A stretch of 64,000 bases of DNA from positions 4,481 to 68,480 of the forward strand of contig CAWAHX010000006.1 of NCBI GenBank assembly GCA_963781935.1, written 5' to 3'. This DNA is from an uncultured Solirubrobacteraceae bacterium. GTDB lineage: Bacteria; Actinomycetota; Thermoleophilia; Solirubrobacterales; Solirubrobacteraceae. The notes under the pieces were generated by a model. It had not been told where the DNA came from, did not search any database, and was given only the letters and a program-made list of their open reading frames with translations. The translations under genes were made by a program, and so were the position numbers. Of the stretch, positions 1-10,100 are shown piece by piece (positions within the stretch are counted from its first letter, which is position 1; each line of letters begins with the position of its first letter).

Positions 1-550
1 GGCGGGTGGCCAGCAGGCCCGCCGAGACGTAGGGAACGTCGCGCACGTACCCCAGCACCGGTGCGCGTGGGTCTGGCGAGCCCTGGCCGAAGCCGGTGAT
101 GCTGCCGTCGGCGAAGAGCACCCCGCCGGCCTCCTCGACCGCCCCGTCGGCGGTGAGCAGCATTCCGCCCACGACGCCGGCGTCCGGCGTGTCGCGGAGC
201 GTGCGGACGAGCGGCCTCAGCCAGCCGCGCAGCAGGCGCGTCCTGTCGTCGACGATGACGAGCAGCTCACCGCGTGCGGCCTCGGCACCGCGGGTGATCG
301 CGCCGATCGCGCCCGTGGCGGCATCCGCCCGGATGTGCGTCAGCCTGAGGTGCTCCGACCAGGCGCCGGCGACTGCGGCGGCCGCGTCCGTCGTTCCCGC
401 GTCGGCGATGACGATCTCGATCGCATCGGCGACGGGCGTCGTCTCCGCGATGGAATCGCAGGCAGCCGTCGAGCTGCTGCTCGCGTCGTCGGCCGTGGGG
501 ACGACCACGGAGACCTCCGGGTCTCGTGAGAGGCGCGAGCCCGCAACCAC
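1..550 (-). CDS. Family-2 glycosyltransferase, 5' part only (gene continues past the left window edge)
   Basis: Reverse-strand translation from a GTG near 550 reads SRDPEVSVVVPTADD...IEIVIADAGTTDAAAAVAGAWSEH...GELLVIVDDRTRLLRGWL...GGMLLTADGAVEEAGGVLFADGS. This is the usual GT-A/GT2 N-terminal layout. It is absent from the ORF track because it has no stop inside the window. Confidence 0.55.
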   Translation of the reverse strand, partial: MVAGSRLSRDPEVSVVVPTADDASSSSTAACDSIAETTPVADAIEIVIADAGTTDAAAAVAGAWSEHLRLTHIRADAATGAIGAITRGAEAARGELLVIVDDRTRLLRGWLRPLVRTLRDTPDAGVVGGMLLTADGAVEEAGGVLFADGSITGFGQGSPDPRAPVLGYVRDVPYVSAGLLATR

Positions 551-873
551 TCGACCGTCACCGCGCCGTTCCTCGCCCAGGTCACGACGGCGTCGCGGGC
601 GACCCTGCGGGCCTCGGTCAAGGTCGCGACCGAGGGGTTCTCGTCGAGGACGACGACGTGAACGCCGCGGTCGGGGTGCGACAGACGCTCGCCGGCGGGC
701 CCGAAGATGACGGTGTTGCGCGCAGGCGCGTCAGGGCGCTCGTCACGGACCGGAGCGTCTGTGATCCGGGGCCTCACCCGCATCGTTCCGGTCCAGTCGA
801 GCAGCGACGGATCCTCGATCCCGAAGCGCCAGCGGTAGAGCTCGAGGAGGTCGTCGAAGGCCTGCTCGTGCAC
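340..873 (-). CDS. Hypothetical protein; only the first ~115 codons (873 down to ~530) look coding
   Basis: The protein starts MHEQAFDDLLELYRWRFGIEDPSLLDWTG...VVVLDENPSVATLTEARRVARDAVVTWARNGAVTVEWL with normal composition. It turns Arg/Pro/Ser-rich where the GT2 frame of feature 1..550 begins. GAGAGG lies 8 nt before the GTG start. Confidence 0.4.
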   Translation of the reverse strand: MHEQAFDDLLELYRWRFGIEDPSLLDWTGTMRVRPRITDAPVRDERPDAPARNTVIFGPAGERLSHPDRGVHVVVLDENPSVATLTEARRVARDAVVTWARNGAVTVEWLRARASHETRRSPWSSPRPTTRAAARRLPAIPSRRRRPSPMRSRSSSPTRERRTRPPQSPAPGRSTSG

Positions 874-910
874 GGTCGGAGCCTCTCACAGGCGGGATAC
901 ACTCGCGAGA

Positions 911-2268
911 ATGTCGGGGTCCGAGCTCCTCAGCGTCGTCACCCCGGTCTCGCGTCCCGCGCTTCTGCCCCTCATCGCACCCTCGGTCCCGGTCGGCGCC
1001 GAATGGATCCTCGTCACCGACGGGCCCCACGAGATCCCGCCCGGTCTGCTGGGCCGACGCGGATGTTCGGCTGATCGAGGGTCCCGCCACGCGGCGCTGG
1101 GGTGACGTCCAGCGTCAGATCGGCCTCGAGGCCGCCGGCCGTCCGTTCGTCACCTTCCTCGACGACGACAACGTGATGCTGCCCATGCTCGCGGAGCTCG
1201 TGATCCCGGCTCTCGACGCCTCGGGTCAGCGCCGGCGCCCTCTTCGGTCTGCTGCTCCGTCACCCGGGCGGGTTCTACATCTGGCCGCCACCTTCCAGGA
1301 TCGAGCGCTCGCAGGTGGACACCGCCATGTTCCTCGGGCGGACCGACGCCGCCCGCCGTGTCGGCTGGCCCGATCTGAGCGGCGGCGAATGGCCGGGGCT
1401 CGACGACCAGCGCTGCGGCGACTTCGTCTTCATCCGGGCATTCGACGAGCAGGAAGGCCTGCTGCGGATGCCGGCCATCTACGGCTTTCACGACGGCCTG
1501 GCGGTGATCCGGGAGTTCGCGCCCGACATCCATGCCGGGCTGGAGTGCGGCGAGCCCGTCGGCGATCGCCTGCTCGCGATGCTGCACGGCCACATGTCCC
1601 AGGCGGACGCGCCACCATGGTGGAAGGGCCGCGAAGCCGAGCCGGAGCACGTCGGGACGCCGGGTTCCGTGAGTCAGGAGCTCCTGGAGCTCGCCGGATC
1701 GTCACGTGAGGGGAGCTCGGTGCCCGCGCAGCGAGCACACTTCCAGGCGTGCGTCCGTCGTCTTGCCACGGACCGGCCCGGCCAGCCCGTCCACGTGCTG
1801 GAGATCGGGTTCAACGCAGGTCTCGGGTCGGCGGCCTTCCTCGAGGCGACGCCGCAGGCGCATGTCGTGAGCTTCGACCTCGCCGAGGAGCCGTACGTCG
1901 CCGCCTGCGCGGCGCACCTTCGTGCGCGGTATCCGGACCGGTTGCACCTCGTGATGGGCGACTCCCGTGTGACCTTGCCGCAGTTCGCCGCGGAGGCGGG
2001 CGCGGGCGTCGACCTCGTTCTGATCGACGGCGGGCACGACGAGGCGACCTGCCGGGCGGACGTGCTCAACGCCCGCGCGGTCGCGGCGCCCGGCGCACTG
2101 GTGATCGTCGACGATCTGATGCCCCACAAGGCGTACGGCGCCGGCGTCACGAGAGCATGGGAGGCGCTGCTCGCACGATCAGGTGCTCGCCAGCCCCGAG
2201 ATCTGGTGCTCGAGGCCGGGAGCGACGACGGCGGAGGCGGACACGGGGGAGCCCCCGGAGGGGTGTGA
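911..2268 (+). pseudogene. Glycosyltransferase-like N-domain fused to a class I SAM O-methyltransferase; two frame breaks (~1040 and ~1230)
   Basis: Three frames join colinearly: MSGSELLSVVTPVSRPALLPLIAPSVPVGAEWILVTDGP, then ADADVRLIEGPATRRWGDVQRQIGLEAAGRPFVTFLDDDNVMLP, then ALFGLLLRHPGGFYIWPP...VHVLEIGFNAGLGSAAFL...VDLVLIDGGHDEATC...GALVIVDDL. The last segment carries the SAM-binding fold motifs. A TACACT box lies 7 nt before ATG 911. Confidence 0.55.
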
Positions 2269-2337
2269 GCGGCGCTGGGGCCTGGCGCGGTATGGGGCGC
2301 TCTGAGCCCGCCCGAGCCGCCGCTAGCCTCGAGGCAC

Positions 2338-3625
2338 ATGAACGTCGGAGCACAGATCGCCGCGCCGCGGGGCAGCGTCTACGAGTTCGCGACGGAAGTC
2401 GCGCGCCTGTCGGGCGCCACGAGGATCCTCGACGTCAAGGAGGGCCTCGCACACCGCCGGCTCGAGCTTCCTCGCGCTGTCGTCGCGGACTCCGTGGTCG
2501 TCGCCGACGGCGTTCTGGGCCGACGCGTCGATGCGAACGGGTTGCTGGACGGTCATCGCGCAGCTCGCAGACGACGCCCCGGCCGTGGTGGTGTCCGTGC
2601 CCGGCAATGGTCGCGCGCTCGACGACCTCGTCGCAGTGCTCGAGCGGGCGGGGATGCCACCGACGTTCGCCGGATACACCGTGGACGATTCGCGTGGCCG
2701 GCGGGAGCCGACCACGCTGGCGGTGATCGAGCCACCGGCCGACCGGGTGGCGACAACGCCCCCGAGCGACTTTCGCGTGACCGCGGTGCTGCCGGTGTTC
2801 AACGAAGCCGACATCGTCGAGGCGGCGATCACCAAGCTCGTCGACGGGGGCGTCGACGTCGTCCTCGTCGACAACTGGTCGACCGACGACACGGTCGCCC
2901 GCGCGCAGGCCCTGGGCCTGGGCGAGCGCCTGACGCTGGAACGGTTCCCGCCCAGCGGGCCGACCGGGACCTTCGACTGGCAGGACCTGCTGCACAACAG
3001 CGAGGCGATCGCCGAGCGCCGCGGTGGCTGGATCACGCACCAGGACGTCGACGAGGTCCGCCAGCGGTCCTTGGCCGGGGCTCGGGCTGCGCGACGCCCT
3101 CTGGCAGGTGCACCGCCGCGGGATACAACGCGGTGAAGTTCACGTCTCTGGTGTTCCAGCCCGTGGACGACGGGTTTCAGCCCGGGGACGACTTCGAGCG
3201 GTACTTCCGCCACTTCGAGTTCGGCGATCGCCCGATGCACTTCGTGCAGGTGCGGGCCTGGAACGCCGACGCCGGTCGCGCGGACCTCGCTGGCGGGCGG
3301 GCACGACGCGCGTTTCCCGGGCCGGCGCGTCTTCCCGTACAAGTTCCTGCTGAAGCACTACCCGATTCGCTCTCAGGCACACGGCGAACGGAAGGTGTTC
3401 CGCGAGCGTCAGGCACGCTGGAACGCGGAGGAGCGGGCGCGTGGCTGGCACGTGCACTACGACGGGTTCGAGCCGGAGACGACCTCGTTTCTTCGCGACC
3501 CGGCCGGCCTGCTGGTCATGGACGAAGCGTTCGAGCGCCGCTACCTGACGGAGCGTCTCGCCGGCGTGGGCATTCCGCGTGAGGCGCCGGTCACGCCGCG
3601 GACGACGCAGGAGAGCGCGTCGTAG
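2338..3625 (+). pseudogene. Family-2 glycosyltransferase with N-terminal extension; about four frame breaks (~2525, ~3062, ~3115, ~3300)
   Basis: Segments in different frames are colinear: FRVTAVLPVFNEADIVEAAITKLVDGGVDVVLVDNWSTDDT...GGWITHQDVDEV, then PWPGLGLRDALWQVHRRG, then YNAVKFTSLVFQPVDDGFQPGDDFERYFRHFEF, then RRVFPYKFLLKHYPIRSQAHGERKVFRERQARWN...stop at 3625. A TAGCCT box lies 8 nt before ATG 2338. Confidence 0.55.
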
Positions 3626-4772
3626 CGGCGGGGCGGGGCGCCGGCTCGGCGGCGGGCGTGCCTGCTGCGCTCCACACCCAGAGCAGGGCGACCCAGCTGC
3701 AGGTCGCCATCACGACGTGCACCCACACGAGCCCGGTCGGGAGCTTCAGGGAGTACTGGATGATCCCCAGAAGGCCCTGCAGCGCGAGCAGCACGCCGAC
3801 GGTGGCGATCGGGATCAGCAGGCGGCCGGAGGCGTTGCGGAAGTAGGCGATCGCGAATGCAGCGATCGTCATCAGGCCGAGGATCACGGCGACCGTGCTG
3901 TGATTGCCCACCGCCCAGTCGAGCGTGTCCGAGCCCTTGACGTAGAGCCGCTTGATCAGGTCGTGCGTGCCCTTGCCGCCGCCGTGAGGGCCCGCCGCCG
4001 AGGCGGCGGTGCCGGCAATGACGACGACCGCGCCGACCGGGAGCAGCGCCCGCGCCGCCCACATCGTCAGGCGATCTTCGGCGCCGGCCGCGATGGCCCC
4101 GTCCTCCCACCCCGGCTTGGAGCGCCAGTACAGGGCCCAGGCGGCCACGATGATGAGCAGCGACAGGCTGTAGTGCCCCATGACGAAGCCGGGGCGCAGC
4201 TCGTACAGCACCGTCAGGCCGCCGAGCACCGCCTGCGCGACGACGCCGAGCGGCAACAGGACCGCGAGGACACACAGATCGCGCCGCCGCGGCACGCGGA
4301 AGAAGCTGAAGAACGCGGCCGCGAACGCCGCCAGGCTGACGGGGAACGTGAAGAGCCGGTTGCCGAACTCGATGAATCCGTGCAGGCCCGACGGGTTGTA
4401 GAGGCCCGTCTGCGAGCACTTCGGCCATTTCGGGCACCCCAGGCCCGAGCCCGTCACGCGCACGGCGGCGCCCGTGAAGACGATCACGACGAGCAGGACG
4501 AGCGCCGCCGTGGCGATCTGGTGGTACCGCTCGGGGCTGGTCTGGAGGCGTTGCGCGCATCGCCGTGCATGATGGCGGATCGCGGTCGCGAAGGGCTCAG
4601 GCGGGGCAGGTTCGAACGCGCTGCTGCGCAGCGACGTACAGATGCCAGTCCACACCGGGGGCCTTGTCGCGCACGGTGCGGACGATGGCGCTGCCGGGGG
4701 CCGCAATCGGCGTGGGAGTGACGGTGAACCGCTCGGCGAACCGACGCAGCTGCACGCCGACCGGAGAGCCAC
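3591..4772 (-). CDS. ctaA: Heme A synthase (COX15/CtaA family)
   Basis: Polytopic membrane protein with VRVTGSGLGCPKWPKC and conserved His-containing helices (GHYSL, VGNHST, VWVHVV). The start is uncertain. ORF start 4772 overlaps the upstream gene by 176 nt. There is no in-frame start between 4597 and TM1. An ATG at 4570 lies in another frame, so a 5' frame break is possible. Confidence 0.8.
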   Translation of the reverse strand: MALRSACSCVGSPSGSPSLPRRLRPPAAPSSAPCATRPPVWTGICTSLRSSAFEPAPPEPFATAIRHHARRCAQRLQTSPERYHQIATAALVLLVVIVFTGAAVRVTGSGLGCPKWPKCSQTGLYNPSGLHGFIEFGNRLFTFPVSLAAFAAAFFSFFRVPRRRDLCVLAVLLPLGVVAQAVLGGLTVLYELRPGFVMGHYSLSLLIIVAAWALYWRSKPGWEDGAIAAGAEDRLTMWAARALLPVGAVVVIAGTAASAAGPHGGGKGTHDLIKRLYVKGSDTLDWAVGNHSTVAVILGLMTIAAFAIAYFRNASGRLLIPIATVGVLLALQGLLGIIQYSLKLPTGLVWVHVVMATCSWVALLWVWSAAGTPAAEPAPRPAATTRSPASSAA

Positions 4773-6336
4773 GGCCCGTCGTCACGGACACCGAGTCTCC
4801 GGGGTGGATACGCACCACGAAGGACGGCGCTCCGGAGCCCGACGGTGTGAACGTGATGCAACGCCCGGCTTGCGCGAGGGCACCGCCCGTCGGCTCCTCC
4901 ACCGTCAGGACGGCGCCAGCGGCTGCCGCGTTCTGGGGCCCGTTTGCCGGGGCGAGCGGCACGATGCCCTCTGCACGGGCGACAGCCGCGTCCGCCGCTT
5001 GCCGACGACTCTCCGGCGCCTTGCCGGCGAGCCAACCGAGGCCGCCTGAGGCGCTCCCGAAGCGGCGCGTGGCCGCCAGGTAGGACCCGATCCGAAGGAT
5101 CTCCGTCGCGCGCGGGTCGACGAGGAGATCCGCGCGCGACGCTGCGCCCCCGACCTCGATTCCGGCCAGCTCGCCTCGCAGCGGCTCCCAGATCCCGCGC
5201 AGGAATCGCGTTGAGTCCCGCAGATGGAAGAGGTTCCCGAACGTCAGACCGACTACCACGACCACTGCCGTGGCGGTCATCCACGGTGTCCACCGCTGAG
5301 GCGCGGGCAACATCTCGGCCGCAACCAGCATCAGCACAATCGCTCCGAACGAGATGTAGCGGGGCGCACCAGGCTCGTGGAACTGTGCCCTGGTCACGGC
5401 CGTCAGCGTCCAGAAGCCGAGCCCGGCGACAAGCAGTGCCGCCAGCCTCGGCGACGGAAGTGGCGCACGGGCGTCGCCACGACGCAGGATGGCGACTGCG
5501 CCGATCCCTCCGGCGAGGATCACAGGTCCGTAACCGGCGGCCAACCCGGTGATCCCGGCCGCGGCCGCCGACGCCGCGTCGACGACATACTGAACCGCGT
5601 ACTGAACGTTGCTCCCGATCGCGTCGCTCCCGTCGCTGTATCCAGCCCTCCAGAGCAGGTACAGCCCGAGCGGAACGGCGAAGATCCACCAACGCCTCCG
5701 GCGACCCGGTTCGAGGAGCACCTCAACCGCCACTCCGAGCAGGATCGGAATGCCCATTCCCGCCGTCGCCAGCGACGCAGTAATGAGAATGCAGGCCCAG
5801 ATGTCGCGGCGTTTGGATGGCTGGTCGAGCAGCACGAACGCTCCCAGCCCGAACGCGAGCGCGCCGACCTGGCTGAGCTGGAAGGGGAGCAGAATGTTCT
5901 CTGCGCTCGCTGACATGAACAGCAGCAGGAACGCAGGGATCAGCGCCGCCCAGCCACCGAGCCGGCGACGGACGAGCACGTAGACGAGCACCACGCAGGC
6001 AAGGTGGGTGATGAGCACGGAGAGCCGATACGGCCAGTAGTGCCCGAGGCCGACGGTCGACCAGAGCGTCTTGTAAACCAGCACGGGGATCAACGAGAGG
6101 TGACCGTTGTGTGGTCGCAGGTAGGTATCCAACCCGCCCCCTTGGCGCACCGACAGGAACGTCCACTCGTCCCCGTAGAAACCGAGTGGACGGCCGAGCC
6201 AGAGGATCCCGATACCGCCGACCACGACGGCCGCCACGAGGATCGCAGTCTGGATACTGATCCGCCCTGCGATCAGGCGCGTCGGGGCCGCCGCCCGGCC
6301 GGTTGTCTCTGGGGAAGCGGCCTCAGCGGACATCAC
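4597..6336 (-). CDS. Large polytopic membrane protein, GT-C-like (putative polyprenol-phosphate-sugar dependent glycosyltransferase) with C-terminal extracytoplasmic domain
   Basis: Intact 579-aa ORF with many hydrophobic spans. An acidic motif, FYGDEWTF, follows TM1 directly, as in the first loop of GT-C enzymes. There is a soluble beta-rich C-terminus. The likely start is ATG 6333, with TAGCCT 7 nt upstream. Confidence 0.55.
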   Translation of the reverse strand: MMSAEAASPETTGRAAAPTRLIAGRISIQTAILVAAVVVGGIGILWLGRPLGFYGDEWTFLSVRQGGGLDTYLRPHNGHLSLIPVLVYKTLWSTVGLGHYWPYRLSVLITHLACVVLVYVLVRRRLGGWAALIPAFLLLFMSASAENILLPFQLSQVGALAFGLGAFVLLDQPSKRRDIWACILITASLATAGMGIPILLGVAVEVLLEPGRRRRWWIFAVPLGLYLLWRAGYSDGSDAIGSNVQYAVQYVVDAASAAAAGITGLAAGYGPVILAGGIGAVAILRRGDARAPLPSPRLAALLVAGLGFWTLTAVTRAQFHEPGAPRYISFGAIVLMLVAAEMLPAPQRWTPWMTATAVVVVVGLTFGNLFHLRDSTRFLRGIWEPLRGELAGIEVGGAASRADLLVDPRATEILRIGSYLAATRRFGSASGGLGWLAGKAPESRRQAADAAVARAEGIVPLAPANGPQNAAAAGAVLTVEEPTGGALAQAGRCITFTPSGSGAPSFVVRIHPGDSVSVTTGRGSPVGVQLRRFAERFTVTPTPIAAPGSAIVRTVRDKAPGVDWHLYVAAQQRVRTCPA

Positions 6337-6404
6337 GCTCAGGCTACCTCAGCAACTCAATGCCGTCCTCGCGGGCGCGCAGGACCGCCGATAGGGTCCG
6401 GGAG

Positions 6405-7187
6405 ATGCCCCCCGCCGCGCTCTACGCCGAACCGATCACCGTCGACGACATATCGGAGTGCTTCTTCTACCACGTCATGGACGTACCCGGCGGCGGTGTC
6501 GTGGGCTACAACGAGGTCAAGGCGTCCTTCGATCTTCGGGGCCATGAGGCCGAGTATCTCGGCCACGTGGCGTTTGACGGGCGGCGAGTCCTGGAGATCG
6601 GCCCAGCCAGCGGGTTTCTGACTTTTGCGATGGAGTCGATGGGCGCCGAGGTGGTCGCGGTAGAGCTCGGCGAAGACAACGAGTGGGATGTCGTGCCACA
6701 CGCCGAGCTCGACCTCGCCGCCATCCAGAACGGACGCCAGGACATGTTGCGGCGGCTGCGCAACGGCTTCTGGTGGGCGCACGCCCGCACGGACAGCAGA
6801 GCGAAGGTGCACTACGGCGACGTCTACGCGCTCCCCGGCGAGCTCGGCCGCTTCGACGTGGCGGTCCTTGCGGCAGTCCTCCTTCATACCCGCGAGCCGC
6901 TGCGCATCATCGAGGGCTGCGCGGGGCTGAGCGACCGAATCGTGATCACGGAGATGTCATACCCGGAGCTGGGCAGCACGGCGGTGACCCGCTTTCACCC
7001 GCAGGCCGGGTCAACCAAGTGGGACACGTGGTGGGACTTCACACCCGAGTACCTCGTCCGGTTCCTCGAAGTCCTGGGCTTCCGCCGTTTCGCCGTCACG
7101 CACCACACGCAGCGTCTCGTCGTCCCTGGCGGGGAACACGAGATCCGGATGTTCACCGTGGTGGCTGATCACGGATCGGTCAGCTGA
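6405..7187 (+). CDS. Class I SAM-dependent methyltransferase
   Basis: Motif I is RVLEIGPASGFLTFAMESMGAEVVAVE, with a later DVAVLAAVLLH. The start is taken at ATG 6405 because it is preceded by TAGGGT at 7 nt. The ORF-track start 6303 would overlap the divergent gene. Confidence 0.6.
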   Translation: MPPAALYAEPITVDDISECFFYHVMDVPGGGVVGYNEVKASFDLRGHEAEYLGHVAFDGRRVLEIGPASGFLTFAMESMGAEVVAVELGEDNEWDVVPHAELDLAAIQNGRQDMLRRLRNGFWWAHARTDSRAKVHYGDVYALPGELGRFDVAVLAAVLLHTREPLRIIEGCAGLSDRIVITEMSYPELGSTAVTRFHPQAGSTKWDTWWDFTPEYLVRFLEVLGFRRFAVTHHTQRLVVPGGEHEIRMFTVVADHGSVS

Positions 7188-10100
7188 CGCGATTGATCTC
7201 GACCAACTCCGGGTTGCACCGGTAGTACTCGAAGAACGCCTCCACCGCGGCCGGGGGTGCCAGGTCGACCCCGCGGATGCGAAACGGGCGTCCCCCGCCG
7301 GCGACGACCTGAGGGCCGAATCGCAGATCGAGCGCCTGCACGTGGTTGGCGTGCAGTGGGTAGAACGTCGAGGAGAGGAACTCGTCGACGCCCGGCGCCC
7401 TCGGCGCCCTTCCAGTCGGCAGCCCCAGCAACGCCAGCGCCTCGTCGGCCATGTAGCCGAGCAGGACGTCGGTCGGGTGATTCATCGTGAAGAACAGCAG
7501 CTCTTCGCGGAAGCGCTCCTCGATGTAGGACGTGACCTGGACGTCGCAGCCCTCCCCTCGAAGGGCCAGCTCAGCGGTCGCAGCATTCGCCCACGCGACG
7601 GCATCCGACGGGCGCGCGGGGTCGGCCAGCCGCGCGCATGTCTCCTCGACGCCTGCGCCGTCGACGAAGGCCTGCAGGATCACGCGGTCGTGGTAGTCGA
7701 ACGGGCCGTCGACAACGGGGCGCCCCTCCGCGTCACGCAGGTAGAACATGTCCGGCACGTAGCCCGCCCAGAACGTGCTGGGCCAGCGAACGACGGTCGC
7801 CGATCCCGCGATTGCCGCCAGCTGCGCCGTGCCCAAGCCGATGCCGTCGCGATACCCGTCGTCGACCTTCTGCAGGAGCGCCACGGAGGCGCCTTCCACG
7901 GCGCGGTGGAGCTCGGGGATCTGCTCGTCGGGAATCTCGTGCACCGCCGGAAAGGACACGAGCTCGAACCGTTCGGCGAACGCCTCGTTCATCGAGAGAA
8001 GCGTCTCCAAGCCGATCGCCTGGCAGTTGCCGACGACGATGGCACGCTCTCGGACGCGGCGCCCGACGGGAGGAGTGTCGGGTGCCGACGAGCCCACCAG
8101 CCGCTCGAGCGCCGCTCGCTGCGCCTCAGGCGAGCACTCGCGCCGCACGATCTCCTGACCCTCTTCGGAGAGGCGCGCCCACAGATCGGCGTCTCGGTGC
8201 AGCTTCACGATGCGCGACGCGAATCCCGCCGCGTCGTCGCCGATCAGCAGGCCTTCACCGTCCGTGGCGCCGAGGCCTTCGGCTCCGAGTGTCGTCGTGA
8301 CGACCGGGAGGCCGGCGGCGAGCGCCTGCGTGACCTTGCCCTTGACGCCCGCGCCGTAGCGCACCGGGGCCGCGGAGACGAGCGCACCGCGCAGCAGAGG
8401 GTCGAGATCCGCCACCCACCCCGCGACCACGACGTTCGGCGACTCCAGCTCGGTGACCGCGACCGGCGGATTGGAGCCGGCGATCGTCAGGGCGACGTCC
8501 GGCAGCTCCTGCCACACCAGGGGCATGACCTCCTGCGCCAGATAGCGCACCGCGTCGATGTTCGGCTCGTGCTCGAACCCGCCGACGAACAGCACGCCAT
8601 GACGTGACCCGCGGCCGGGGACCGTCGGCCACACCTCGTTGGCGAGCGGAACGACCGCCGCCGCGGCACCGGTCATCGACTCGACGAGCTCCTGCTCCTC
8701 ACGGCTGACGACGAGTGTCACGTCCGTCGCTCTGGCCAGGCCCAGCTCCACGTGACGGAACGCGTCGGACACCCGGCTTGCGACATCGCCCGCGTGCTCG
8801 CTGCGGCGCCGCTCGCGGAGGAAGTGCAGATCGACCGTGTCGTAGGCGAGGATCGCATCAGGCGCGTGACGGCGGACCAGATGCAGGTAGCGCGGGGCCA
8901 CCTCCGGGCGACTCAGGATCACGAGCCGCAGGCGGGGCGAGAGATCCTCGAGGAGCCGGCGGATGTCGGTCGCGCCGACGAGGACCTCGATGCCCATCCC
9001 CTGGAGCTCGCCCATGTACGGCTCGGCAGGTTCGAGGTTGTCGGGGAGGAACGTGACGCGGTAGCCCATCTCCACGAAGTTCTTCAGGAGATGGAACATC
9101 CGCAGTGAACCCGCATCGTGATCGGCGCGCGGAATCCGGTAGTCGACGACGAGGACGCTCGAGCCGCGGCGCCGGTCGGCCGCGAACGCGGCCAGCTCCT
9201 GCGACGGGCCGGCGACCTGCTCGGCCAGCTCGGCCCGCCACTTCTCCGCGAACTTGGGCTGGTTGAGCACCTGGTGGCGCTTGCCGCCGGCGGACTCGTC
9301 GGTGCCCATTGATCCGCCCTCGAGATGGATGACGAGCGACCGCGGCTCGTACATCACCTCGAAGCCGCGGGCGCGCGCTGCGAAGCAGAGGTCGACGTCC
9401 TCCCAGTAGCCCGGGGAGAAGCGCTCGTCGAATCCACCGATCTCTCGCCAGAGATCGGCGCGGATCAGCAGCGCCGCCGCCGAGCCGTAGTCCACCGGGC
9501 GGGCGAAGTTGTAGACCGGCGCTCCCATGTCGCCCCCGCGACCGTAGTTCCACGCCGTGCCGTCCTGCCAGACGATCGAGCCCGCCTCCTGCAGCGTTCC
9601 GTCGGCGTACACGAGCTTCGCGACGGCGACCCCGACCGTCGGAGCGGACTCGACCCGATCGATCAGTGCCTGCAGCCAGCCGAGCTGGGGCTGGGTGTCG
9701 TTGTTGAGCAGGACGATGTACCGCCCGCGGGCCTCCGCGGCCCCCCGGTTGACGCTGTGCAGGAAGTTCAGGTTCGCCTTGTTGACGATCACGCGGATGC
9801 CTTCGACGCGCGCGAGCAGGGCCTTCGTCTCGGCATCGGCGGCGTCATCCACCACGATCACCTCGTAGGCCACGTCGCCTGACGCGTGCAGGATGCTGCT
9901 CAGGCACTTCTCGGTGATCGCGGCGTCCGAGTGGACGGGCACGACGATCGAGACGTCGGGCCGGTCGAACAGCGGCAGCGTCAGCAGCGGCTCGAGGGGT
10001 TGCGGCGCCGCAGGCGCGACCGGCTCCGGGGAACGGGCGGCGCGCAGCCTGGCACCCGCGCGCCCGAGGGATCGCAGCCCGGCACTGAGCGCCCGGGACG

